Assembly: GCA_964016885.1 (NCBI GenBank)
Contig: OZ024740.1
Coordinates: 226,114,001-226,178,000, forward strand
Length of the DNA stretch: 64,000 nucleotides
Source: Eledone cirrhosa
Taxonomy: Eukaryota
Direction: 5' to 3'
The notes beneath the pieces are model-generated. The model did not search any database, was not told where the DNA came from, and worked only from the letters and a program-made list of their open reading frames with translations. Both the position numbers and the translations under genes were made by a program. Position 1 is the first letter of the stretch; each line of letters opens with the position of its first letter. Below are positions 13,410 to 25,218 of this stretch, piece after piece.

Positions 13410-13760
13410 TACCAACATCACCATAGCCACCTACACCACCACTATAGCTTCCGCTATCACCATAGCCACCACCACCACCAACTACAAGAAATAAGACAGT
13501 TATAATTTTTCATGCCAACCATTATATACTACACACTAGTCTCGTCTTCATAGTTATCGTCAAAGTCATCATCATAATTATCATCATCGATGACATCATC
13601 ATCATTGTCATCACCATCATCATCAGTCATCATCATTGTCATCATCCTCATCATCCTCTCCATATCATCACCATCAACACCACTATCATCATCATTGTCA
13701 TCATTGCCAAAATTTCACCACCACCATCATCACCATCATCATTTTCACCATTATAGTAGC
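13410..13760. repeat. (CAC)n/(CAT)n trinucleotide low-complexity region
   Basis: Seen directly. Confidence 0.9.
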
Positions 13761-14727
13761 CATATCACTTTGCTTACTATATCGCATGATATACAATAAC
13801 ATTCACGTACAAAAAGACACAATTTATTTCATTAAGCCCTTTTGTTCGACACACATTGTATATAATGAGACATTAGTAAACGCCATATAACTCTTGTATG
13901 AATTGCTTTTTTCTGCATCATACAGTCTGACTATCCTAAAGGTTTCATAAAATCACTCAGATAACTGCAGGTGCGTAATGACTAAAATAGTAGCTTTTTA
14001 TTAAGAATTTCAATAAACCAATACAATACTTTCACAATAGAAGCTATGCTTCAGAATGCTTCATATATATATACATATCGCTCTCTATTTCAATATAATG
14101 GACACCAAGTTTGTTCATATAGCTGTAGTGTTTTTTTATATTTATCTGGTTTTACTTGGTTTCTACCTAAACAGGTTTTAATGTTATCAGAATACCTTTT
14201 TAAGCTAGTACTAACAAATATTTCCAAACAAGTTATATCTATGGTATGACTTATAAATCTGAATAACAGAACACCAAGTGAAGTTTGATTCTTTCACTTG
14301 TGATATCTTTTGAAACTGAATTAAAATGCTATCACTTTGTCGACAAAGAACAACAACAAAAAAGAAATTGTTAGATACAGTGGCTATGCACTGAATTAAC
14401 AAGCACAGCAAATTCTTTATGTTAAAGTTATGTGGAAGCAATATATTTTTTAATGATCTTTTCATATCTGCTGAATAGTTTATATTTTATGCACTTATAT
14501 TGTTTCAGCAATATTCATTCTACACAACCAAAACAACAGCCTAACAAAGCATGTGATGCAAAAAACCCAAAATGAACAGAAAATATATGATACCAAAAAC
14601 CCAAAATGAACAGAAAATATATTTTAAGGCAAAACGAATTGGAATTGTTTATTGGATAAAGATACACACACACGCACACATGCACACACACACACAGACA
14701 CACACACGTGTATATATATATATATAC

Positions 14728-14781
<54 letters not shown>

Positions 14782-14946
14782 ATAATAATAAAATTGAAGA
14801 CTAAAATCCAGAGAGGGCTCGATAAGGAAAATATATATCAAATATATAAGAACCGAAGAGCAAATATTTATTAAAATAACAGATTAAAGTTTAAGCAAAA
14901 GGGTGAAAGCAGCGATTCTTTGCTTAAACTTTAATCTGTTATTTTA

Positions 14947-14986
<40 letters not shown>

Positions 14987-15007
14987 GTGTGTATGTATGT
15001 GTATATA

Positions 15008-15052
<45 letters not shown>

Positions 15053-15056
<4 letters not shown>

Positions 15057-15577
15057 ATGGATGCCCCTTCGCTATCAGGTATGGCCATTGCACGATATAC
15101 CATTATTAATAATTATTAATTAATTCTATCATGTAATGCCTGTGCGTGAAGATATTTTTTAAAGTGAGGAAAGACTGTGCACTGAGCCAATCCCACTCTC
15201 TGAGCGACAGTAGCTATAACCCGAAAAGAAGAAAAGATCAACAACATCGGTAACTACTGAGCCGCAGGTTTTATATCAGAGTTATCCCAGTTTCCTGAGT
15301 TGCCTTCTCCTAGAAGAATGCCCTGACAAAGGCTAGGGGTCCTTCACTCCCAGTGGTTTAACCGCGCAGTACATGTGTATATACATATTTACACATTTTC
15401 GGATGGCCGTTGACTCTTATGAGTTCTTCTGCCCTTTGTCAGGTTTTGTTTTTTGTCCTGCAGGGTGTTCAAAATCACCCTCCTCACCAAATAACCTTGG
15501 TGGGGTTGCCGGTTTAGTCGCCAACGATCCGACCATGCAACAGGTTGTACTGGGTTACATGTTACCATTAGCACTGG

Positions 15578-15578
<1 letters not shown>
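15053..15578 (-). mobile_element. Non-coding RTE-related element with (CAT)n tail; second, more diverged copy at about 44370-44865(-)
   Basis: The two copies share 'gagccaatcccactctctga', 'caggttttatatcagagt', 'cagggtgt..aaa.tcaccctc.tcaccaa', 'gtttagtc..caa.g..ccgaccatgca'. No ORF. Confidence 0.7.
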
Positions 15579-15609
<31 letters not shown>

Positions 15610-15855
15610 GACAGATAGATATATTTCTTTATTTGCCACAAGGGCGCACAAGAAAATGGGACAATACAAAGACATGCTGGGGATTTTACATAGTCGTGTA
15701 AAAAATATAAAAACAAACAATTACAACAATCGAAATCCCCAATAGGGGAGAAGCGCCACAAATGGGTTGTTTAATACCCCGTCGATAGAACAACCCTCAA
15801 CTGCGGGAGCGTGTGGTGCAAGTGCCCCTTTCTTCCTTTTGTGCTCTTCTGTAAC

Positions 15856-16435
15856 CTACAGGCTTATAAACAGAGAAGCCCCAATCACTCGGGCCATTTT
15901 CGCTACATTCACCCACCTTTCAGTAAATATACTGGGGTGCAGTGCCTCTCTCTCCACTCTGATTATCCTTCTAAAGTGATACTTAAAGAAGGGAATCAAT
16001 TGTTTTCCAGAGAGAAGGGCATCTGTCCTCAGTCCTCTCAATCTCGTCCACCATATAACTTCTTTCACCATAGCCACCGTACAGAGGAAAACCGCCTCAC
16101 TTTCGTTTTTGAAAGAGGCTGGCGGTTTGATCCTTACTATGGACTCGGCAGTCAACTGGATTTGTCCCAAACGAGACAGCAGTTGTTCTGCATAGTTCCA
16201 CAGGTCGGTTACGATCGGGCAGTTACAATTGCGTGCAGGACTATTTCAATGGACACGTCCTCTTGGAAGGATCCCTGACGGGGTGTCCGTGCCTGTAGAT
16301 CTTGTCACGAACCGGTAGAGCTCCTCGGTAGCACTGCCAGGCCAGGGACCTCTGGAAGTTGTCCATAGGTCCCGGGCGGAAAGTCCTACTAAACAGACTG
16401 GTGAGCGCCCATTTTGATCTTTTTGCCTCCGCCAC
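15856..16435 (-). pseudogene. Tx1/L1 ORF2 C-terminal zinc-binding region
   Basis: 'SLAWQCYRGALPVRDK...TCP...LHAIV' is typical of the L1/Tx1 zf-RVT region. Confidence 0.8.
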
Positions 16436-16468
16436 TCGGGTCCAGCTGACAGCTTTCGCTCCTTCATT

Positions 16469-17534
16469 TCATAGAGCACGTGTTTTGCTTCTGACCACGC
16501 AGCCTTCGTGTTTCGCATCGAAGAACTGATCCAGTGCCGTTCTCGACGCTAACACTCTAGCCGCAATGTCACTTCTAAGTGCCTCCTCTACCTTGGCTAT
16601 TAGTTCTCTTTCTAGTTTGTTTTTCTCTAAGGCTAACTCTCTGCTAAACCCTATCGATTCTATTCTAATTGCTTTCTTGAGAGAGTACCACCATCTATTG
16701 TTGACGATGGCTCCTGTTAACTGTTGCTTGACTAGTCTAATTATCCGTTCACTGTAAGCATTACGTGCCGGCAACGACACGTTCAGCTTCCAGTACCCGG
16801 GTCCTTGTTTATGTATTCTCTCACGGTTCACTAAGCAGATGACTAATTTGTGATCTGAATAGGCAACCATGTGCATTCGTGGACAGCTTAACATCTCCTT
16901 TCCCTTTCTCTAATGAAGAACCTATCTAAATACGATCTAGATGCCCCGCTGAGGTTTGCCCACGTCCATTGTGGTGCAGTCGGGAAATCCAGTCGATACC
17001 TATCGGCCAGTTGGAATTGGCCGATTAAAGTTTTGAGGCTGTTGCACCCCACTCTACTGGGACATGCTCCCACATAGTCCCATCGTGCATCTAGGATACC
17101 ATTCCAGTCCCCCACTAAAAGTAAGGAGCGAGACGTTCCCAGAAAGGACTCTAGACGCTTAAAGAAGTCTGGTCGTGATTGCGATTGCCCGGTCGGGGCA
17201 TAAACGGCCACCAGTCTGAAGGCTCCACCTCCAATACTGTTCACGTCTAGGACTACCAGTCTACCCTCCGGGTCCAAGTGTACTTGCAGTACTTCGTCGT
17301 CCAAGTTCTTCCGAAACATGACAACCACTCCACCCCCACATCCTGGCTGACAGAGAGATGCGTAGATCTCAAAGTCGTCGAAGATGGGGGTTAGTTGCTG
17401 CCTGTTGTGGATCCTGGACTCGGTGATGGCTATCACATCCATACCGAGTGACCTAAGGTCGTTTAAAAGTTGGCTCTGTTTCCAGGACATCCCTAGGCCA
17501 CGCACATTCACGCTTCCAACTCGTAAACTAGCCA
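16469..17534 (-). pseudogene. Tx1/L1 ORF2 N-terminus: apurinic-like endonuclease
   Basis: Motifs SVNVRGL, ITES, AVYAP, GDWN, SYLDRFFI, SDH, then PGYWKLN; one frameshift near 16890. Confidence 0.92.
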
Positions 17535-17577
17535 TGTTGGTGAAGAAGAGTTGGAGAAAAAGGACGAAAAGGTGCAC

Positions 17578-19061
17578 TTACCTTTTCGTTTCCTGGAGAT
17601 CGGGTTGTTCAATCTCCATTTGGGTGCTGGATGGGGTGTTGGGTGGGGTGGAGAAACATTTTAACAGGACGCGGTTGATGGGTTTCTGGCAGGGGTTGCC
17701 TACGTTCTGTGAACATTTATTTTTTAGGTCATTATAGGTTTCCATAGAAACCCTTATAAGTTTAAGGTGTGGAGACGATTCTGCCTTGACGAAAGTTTTG
17801 CCCTCCGTCTCCACCATGGGGGTTTGGGAGATGACCCCCATCAAATTCTTGTTGTCTGTGTTGATGTATGCGTATTGTTGTTTGTGTTTTTGTTGTGTTG
17901 TTTTAGTTTGTTGTTCGTCCGGGAGTTTTCTTTTTATGGTGGGTGCTTGTATTTGGGGTGGTGTTGGTGTTGGTTTTGCTGATAGGGGGATGTTTGACTG
18001 TGGTGTTGTTTGTGTTGTTGTTTATGTCTATGGCTGTGTGTTGGTGTTGGTGGTTGTTTTGGTGTTGGTGTTGGTAATAGTGTTTTTTTATGATGTTGTT
18101 GTTATGGGTTTGTGAAGGACAAGAGGCTTTTAGGTGTGTTGTGCTACCACAGTGAAAACAATGAAATTTTCGTCCTTCTACCGAAATGTTTATTTTGTTG
18201 TTATCATCGATGATGACTCTTTCGGGTATTTTGAAGATTCTCTCCGGCCTCATTTACAACAGAATCTCCAAATCAGTACCCGAATAGACTTTCGTATCGA
18301 AAGAATCATATCAGTTTCTGGCTCTACGAAGCCAGCCAAGATCCACCAGATGTTAATGTTTGGTGGTATATTTTTTATTTTATTTTTTGTGTCCTTTTTC
18401 CCATGTATGTAGGGAAAAAGGTGAATGCTTTTGACACCATTGGTGTCACAGAATGTTTATGGGCGAGTGCCTCGCTTTTAAACAGTACGGAAACACTTCC
18501 GTACTGTTTTCCTCGTTGGAGAAAATCGATATTTGCTAGAATTTCCTTGAAAGTAGCTTCTATATCTGCTTGACTAACAAATATCGGCTTTCTCGTGGAA
18601 TTGGACACAGTCCTAAAGGTCACTGATCTTCGAACTGTGTCTTCCTTTATTTCAAGGGGTGAGTTAATTCTAAATCCACCTTTCTCTTCGAAAGTTACAA
18701 ATGTTCTCCCTTGCTGGATCATATCTCTTGCATTGGAGATGTCAAGATTTATAAAATCTTGTTTTTTGTTCACTGTTTCAGCGAAAAACATTTTCTTTTT
18801 TTGTGTGGTGTTGCTGTTGTTGTTGTTGTCATTGTTGTTAGCCTCCGTGTTGGAAATCTCAGTTCCTTGACGAGGTGAAACTTTGTGTAGATGTATCTGT
18901 GGAGTTGTTGATGTCTTTTTCATGTGTATGTTAATAGGTTTAATTTCTGTGTTTTCATGTGAGATAGTGTTATTTTTCTCCGCTTCGACGGTAGAAATTG
19001 TAGTTTTCGAGTGGTAACATTTTTCCTCTTTGTTGACAGTCGTATCTATGGCGACGTCCAT
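17578..19061 (-). pseudogene. Tx1/L1 ORF1 (gag-like, zinc knuckle), frameshifted into three pieces
   Basis: 'VEGRKFHCFHCGSTTHLKASC' (CX2CX4HX4C) at about 18115-18185, followed by a low-complexity N/T-rich tail. Confidence 0.85.
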
Positions 19062-20843
19062 AGTAGCAGAAGCAGATATAACGTTAAAATCTGCCTCTTT
19101 CTCTCTCTTTTCTCTATTAACGTTCTCCAGCGTTCCCTTCGTGTTATTCGTGTTTGCAAAATTTGATATTTTAAAACAATTTTTAAATTAAATTTTCGTC
19201 CGTAAAGGGGCGAAAAAAGGGATTACCACCCAGCTGACAATTCAGCTTGGGGTTTAATCTACAAAATAATATGTTTTTTCAAACAATTTGTTCTGTTTTT
19301 CGTATATAAATTTACAAAAAATCTTACCGGCGATGTTCCACGCGTCAGGCAGAAAGATAGATAGATACATAGATAGATATGTTTCTTTATTAGCCACAGG
19401 GGCACAAAAGAAGGGGACAAATACAAATAGATAGATAGATAGATAGATAGATTCCTGAGTTGTGTCAGGGGATAACCACAGTTAAAAATGTACTCAATAC
19501 CAGTTGATTTCATATGAATGAATCAGTTCTAATCCTGTAGAATTTATATAGATATTATATATACATATATATACATATATATAATATAGCTAGAAAATCT
19601 GTTGAATTGCACCAAGTATAACAGTGATTTTGTATTGTCAATTCCAAAGGTTCCTCTAGCAGAGTTTACTCTATTTCAAGTCTTCCTGTGAGGTCCCTGA
19701 TTTGAAAGTCTCTTATTACCTCCTATAAATCTTGGATACCTCTGGTTTTTAGGTATCTTTTTCCTTTCTACAAGTCTTGAGGGTTTTTTAAATGGTCATG
19801 ATGACTCCTCTCCTCACCCTGACTAAACAGTAAAAAAAACTAATATATAATGCACTTATAGACTTTCAGATGAAAGTTGGGACACTTTACTACTAATCAT
19901 AGCAATAATTTACTGAAATCTCTATGTTGCTCTTTCTTCTGTTACTTCTCTTGGTATTACTGATTAGATCATGTAGGTGAGAAAACCTACTAGCTAAATT
20001 TAGTGTGCTGTCTTTGTAGTTCTTAAATTTTCTTTTTCCGTGCTTCTCTACTGCTAACTACTTCTGTACAACTTCAACTGTTGGCTCTCTTTCAATTTGC
20101 AAGAAATCCTATTGAATCTTTTGTGTAAAACTAAATATCAAAAAACTTTTAGCCTGGTTTTCTAGCACTTCTATAATTATTTCTCTTTTAGATTTAACCC
20201 TTTATGTCATGAGTTCCTTAACATTTTACAGCTTTTACACTAGGTTATTTGATCAAATTCCCATCACTTTCACCCATGCTCCTACTTCTCAAAAAGATTT
20301 AATTGTTTTGTAATAGTTTTGTTTTGTGACTTCACCCAAACACATATTCATATGAGCTGAAGGTAATTTAAAATAATGCCTCTTGCTGAGCAAGGGATTG
20401 TTCAATGATTTGTTAATAAATTCCAACACTTGGCAGTTGATAACTCAACCACTCATATTGTGAGTATTGCTGTGCCAAAGCTGATAATTCAGCCATCTAT
20501 AATCAAAGAATTATGGCCTTTCTATCATAAGTGAATGTGTGTGACCAAGTGGTGAGGGGTGTTGGACTTACAATCATAATGTCATGGGTTCGATTTCTGG
20601 ATGATCAAGTTGTATTTTGAGTTCTTAAGTATAACACTTCATTTCACTTTGCTCTAGTATACTCAGCTGAACATTAGTAGCAGCAGTAGCTGGAGATTTA
20701 ACCCTGTGATGAACTAATGTCATGTCCAGGGGATGTCTTGTACTCTCAGTCTCGTAATGCCAAAGGAATTGGGATAACCACTGGCCTAATATGCCTCCTA
20801 GCTTTATCATAATGTATCATATTTATACACTAGATGTATCATT

Positions 20844-20890
<47 letters not shown>

Positions 20891-21964
20891 TTTACGTCCG
20901 CTTTTCCCTGCTTGCAAGGGTGGGACGGGAACTGATTCTGGCTTGATTTCTACAGCTGGATGCCCTTCCTAACACCAACCTCATTTACAGTGAGTGCTGG
21001 GTGCTTTTTTTCCATGGCGCCTACATGTCCACTTTACAGTGGAATGATATGGACCCCAGTCCCTATCATCTCATTCCTACAGCTGAGTAAACTGGAGCAA
21101 TGTGAAATAAAGTGTCTTGTTTAAGGAAACAACACATCACCCGGTCTGAGAACTGAACTCACAACGTTTCGATTGCAAGGCCAATGCTCTAACCACTAAG
21201 CCATGTGCCTCCATTTATTCTAATGAGTAATTGAAGTGGAAACAGAAAGGTCTTCCATTGGTTTTGATAATCAGTGCTCAAATAGCGAAATTAATATGCA
21301 AGTGACTGAATATTCCTCAAACACATCTAATTTTTATTTAATTCTCAGGGAGATTCAGTATGACTGTGTATGTGTGGCAAGGATGACTATGAATTAGAGG
21401 TACAGTGTTTAGAAGAGGCTTCTACACAGTTTCAGTCTACCCAACTTCCCCCACAAGGTGCCATGCAAAGGGATCAAACCAACAATCATATGATGGTGAA
21501 GCATCCATATAACCTGAGGGATGAAAGTGTAAGAATAAATTAAGAGAATTTTTAAAAGTGATATCGGTAGATTACAGAGAAATAATATGTAAGCTCATTA
21601 AGAGATGATTTGAAAGCCAATCAACAGAAAATATAAGATAACTGATAAGATACATGTTTTACAAATCAATGGCTTCTGTGACATTAAGGAAAAGAAAGAG
21701 ACCAATTCACTAGATAAAACCAAAGAAAACATTTTTCCATTGGTATTTCCATAGATGGCAATTTGAGGCATTTATCTGATGCTCTATCGACTTTGCAAAT
21801 TTCCACATGATTTTGTTAATTCTTGCTCTCAGGCTTTGAGTTCAAATCCTGCTGGTGTCATCTTTGTCTTTCATCATTTAAGAATAAATAAATAAAGTAG
21901 CAGTCTAGTACCAGGGTCAATAAATAAAGTACCAGTCCAGTACCAGGGTCAATAATTAAAATAC

Positions 21965-22462
21965 CAATACAGGAAAGAGTATTAGCAACAGACTACAGAT
22001 CAAAAACATCCTCTCTTCAGCCATGTGCCAGCCAAACGCTGCCTTAAATCTAGGAAAAGTTTCCTAAAGAGTGTCACACTCCTTGGAACATCAAGCATTA
22101 GTAGTGAAAGAATCACTCATCGGGAAGAAAAACTTAACAACCTCCCATCTGTAACAACAATGGAGCTAAAGTCGAGTGAGGCACTGTCTCCCAGAGCAGA
22201 TACAAACTATGTAGATACAAACTATGCAGTGTGGAAATGCCTCAGCAGATTAAGATCTGGTGTTGGTCGTGCAAAAGCCAATCTGTCAAAATGGGGATAT
22301 TGAAAGGATGGGAATATTGTGTATGACTGCGCCCTCAAACCACAGCCTATGCAGCACCTCTTGACATGCCCCTTGCTGGAACACCACTGCACAGCATTGG
22401 ACTTGGCAGAGTTTAACGAGAAAGGACAGCAATGTGATCAGCTGTGGCAGAACAACATCTAG
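21965..22462 (+). mobile_element. Non-LTR retroelement C-terminal fragment (Ingi/Vingi-like); related degenerate copy at 43590-44030(-)
   Basis: 'WKCLSRLRSGVGRAKANLSKWGY..DC..PQPMQHLLTCP' CCHC-type C-terminus; the clade call is from memory. Confidence 0.65.
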
Positions 22463-23574
22463 CCAAGCTTTGTAGTCGACACTCTTGTGGACATTTTATA
22501 TCTGCTCTCATTCGCTATCTCTTTGCCAATTGAGAGTCTCCTACTTCCACACTGTCTCTTTAGTGTGACAGAGAACAAAAACACTAATAAGCATTTCATT
22601 TCTGTTTGAAACTTTAGACTTTTTCTCCTGATGCCAAAACAATTTATTTCTCTTTGAAGACTTTTCATACTTAAAAAGACAGAAAATCACTAATTTCCTC
22701 AGTTTCTACTGTTTCACTTCCAGTTCTGTTTGAAACATCTAACACAAATTAAGAATAATCAATCAATAGTATCAAAAGTATATGCTTCTACATAAATATT
22801 GTTAATCCACATATAATTAGCTAAGGGGATAGTGTGGAAGTAGGAGATTCTCAAATGAGAAACAGATAGTGAGAAAGAGCACATACAAATGATGATTAGT
22901 GAAAGAGTGAAGTACTTATCACATTACCCTTACTGTAAAATGGGAAAAGATTGAGTGAGAAAATGAAAATGACAGTGATTTGAAGTAAGAGGTTAGCTTT
23001 ACGTTATTTTAAACAGCTATTTACAATGTATATTGTGATAAAGGAACTCCTGGGATAATGATAACTACATGTTTATAGTATCATCATCATAATCATTTAT
23101 GTCCCCTTTTCCTTTCTGGCATGGGTTTAACGGGTCATTACAGACCAAGTCTGTACTTTGTTGGAGATACTAGATGGATCAGGAGGACTGTTTCATGCTC
23201 AGATATATCATATTTTGGCAAATTTTTGTATAAAATTTTTATAACTATCATTAAATCATTCAGCCATACTAGTGAACACAGACCTCATCAATTTTAAGGT
23301 TGATGACAGTAAATGGATCAGACTAATGTTTAACAATTCGTCCTTTGGATCAGAGAAACAGGAAAAGATATAAGTAAAAAAAGCCATCGTATTCTACAGC
23401 ATCTGTATGCTTATATATCATTTCCATCCATCATTCTAAGCAGAGGACATGCATATTTAAAAAGGATTGGTCTTTTAGCTAAGGTCAAAGTGCACAATCT
23501 TTGAGTGACAAATTTATCAATGGTTTTACCAATCATTTTAAACTGATGCTTCATTCTCTATATTAAATTTTCAT

Positions 23575-24125
23575 CAAGAAGAGTCCAGCATTCTGGAAGA
23601 TGACTTCGTGTATTTTGGCAGTTTTATGAACACTGAGAATGATGTGGACACCAGGAATGGCAAAGCATGGGGAAGGGCTTTCAACTCCCTATAAACGGGG
23701 AGGGTGTCTCCAATCAAGAAAACCACAAAGATGAGGCTATTCAAAGCAATAGTTGTGTCCACTCTACAGATGTGAGTCATGGACACTGACAAAAACACAA
23801 AAAAAATTAATGGCACATTCACCCAGATGCCGAGAAAGGTCCAGAACATATCCTGGAGAAAATACGTAGCAAAGAAATCACTCTACGGATCACACCTCAG
23901 CCTTTCTGACATCATATGACATAAGAGGCATTAGCTGGACATTTGAAACATCACAATGAACCTGCTGGTAGAGTTCTTTTCTGGAAACCTGATGTGTTGG
24001 GAGACCAACCACAATGCAGAAGGATGTTCTTGATGATGACACTGGGCTAGAGGCTGAGGAAATTTAGACAGCAATGCCAGACAGGATGAGCTGAAAGAGG
24101 AACTTCATCATGGCACCAGTTATGG
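23575..24125 (+). mobile_element. Highly degenerate old RTE fragment
   Basis: Fragments translate to 'DFVYFGS..DVDTRNGKAW..KMRLFKAIVVSTL..NGTFTQMPRKVQNISW'. Confidence 0.65.
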
Positions 24126-24965
24126 ATGTATAGAAGAAGGAAGAGGAGAAGATGAAGAAATTGTCATCACTTTTGACGACACGGATACTTTTAATATTGA
24201 TTATTAAAAAATAGTTTTAATATTGACTATGAAAAAAGAACTGGGATTTACTTTAAATATCATTGAAATTCAAATCTTTCTAATATATTTAATAGTTTTG
24301 GGGGTTTATTTATTTACTTATTTTATTTGTAAAATCAATTCCAAGTCTCCAGTTAGATATGAACAATTGTTTTTCATAAGTTAGAGGAAGAATGATATAT
24401 TAAAAAAATTAATCATTCCTCCAAACAGAAAAACAACTTCCAAAGATGGCAATATATAGAAACATAAAATGTCTTGAGCGTTAAGATAATTTCAAAAATG
24501 AAATAAAATAGAAAGATAGAAGAAATTTCATATTTACAAGAAAAGATTTTGCAGTCATTTTATATAAAAATAAATTGAATTTTCCTTAACCAAAATAATA
24601 GAATAAATTTATTGTATTTGTTAGTATATTTATTTATTTATTCATGGTAATTTTCGATTTGTTTTGCATAACATTCGTTTTTCTCAAAATAATTCAATTT
24701 CTACCATATCTATGAGTATAGAGAAAACCAGTTTAGTAGCTGTTGACTCCAGACCCATTTAAATCAAAGGTGGAAAACATCTTTGCATGTTATATCAAAG
24801 ATATGTTTCATATATATTTACTCATATCTATCATTAATAGACTAATGATGAATCTTCTATCAGTTTCACTGATGAACATTCAGTTATTTAAACAGCTGAA
24901 CACCTGACTCTCATGAATTGACATGTAGTATGCAGCTGAGTATTCCACAGACATGTTTAAAAGAA

Positions 24966-25218
24966 TTACTGTTATATACTCAAATATAAGCCAATCCATG
25001 ACAAATGGATTGCCTTATATTTGAGTATATAACAATAATTCTTTCTTTTCATATTTAAATATGCCTGACAAATGGGGAAAAATCCAAACCACATTGAAAA
25101 GCCAAGGCAGCTAATCAACACAGTGTTTAGATGGTGCATAAAAGCTGACCCCCGCCATTTTACCATCAATTTTTTGGGTCACATATTCCTCAGCTTATAT
25201 ATGACTATATATGGTAAA
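24966..25218. mobile_element. Tc1/mariner (pogo/Tc2-like) MITE; related ends at 26163-26370, 45790-45823, 53190-53215
   Basis: TIR-like 'tactgtatatactcaaatataagc' and the complementary 'gcttatattcaagtatataccgta', with TA flanks. Confidence 0.6.

Larger units (their letters stand above)
15605..19353 (-). mobile_element. L1/Tx1-clade LINE, 5'-complete, RT domain deleted
   Basis: ORF1 with CCHC knuckle, ORF2 APE domain, PGYWKLN motif, zf-RVT-like C-terminus, aataaa and (TATC)n at the 3' end. Confidence 0.9.

Noticed and set aside
23262-23372. Open frame AILVNTDLINFKVDDSKWIRLMF... as a terminal exon
   Set aside because: Poor polypyrimidine tract and no recognisable homology; could be chance.
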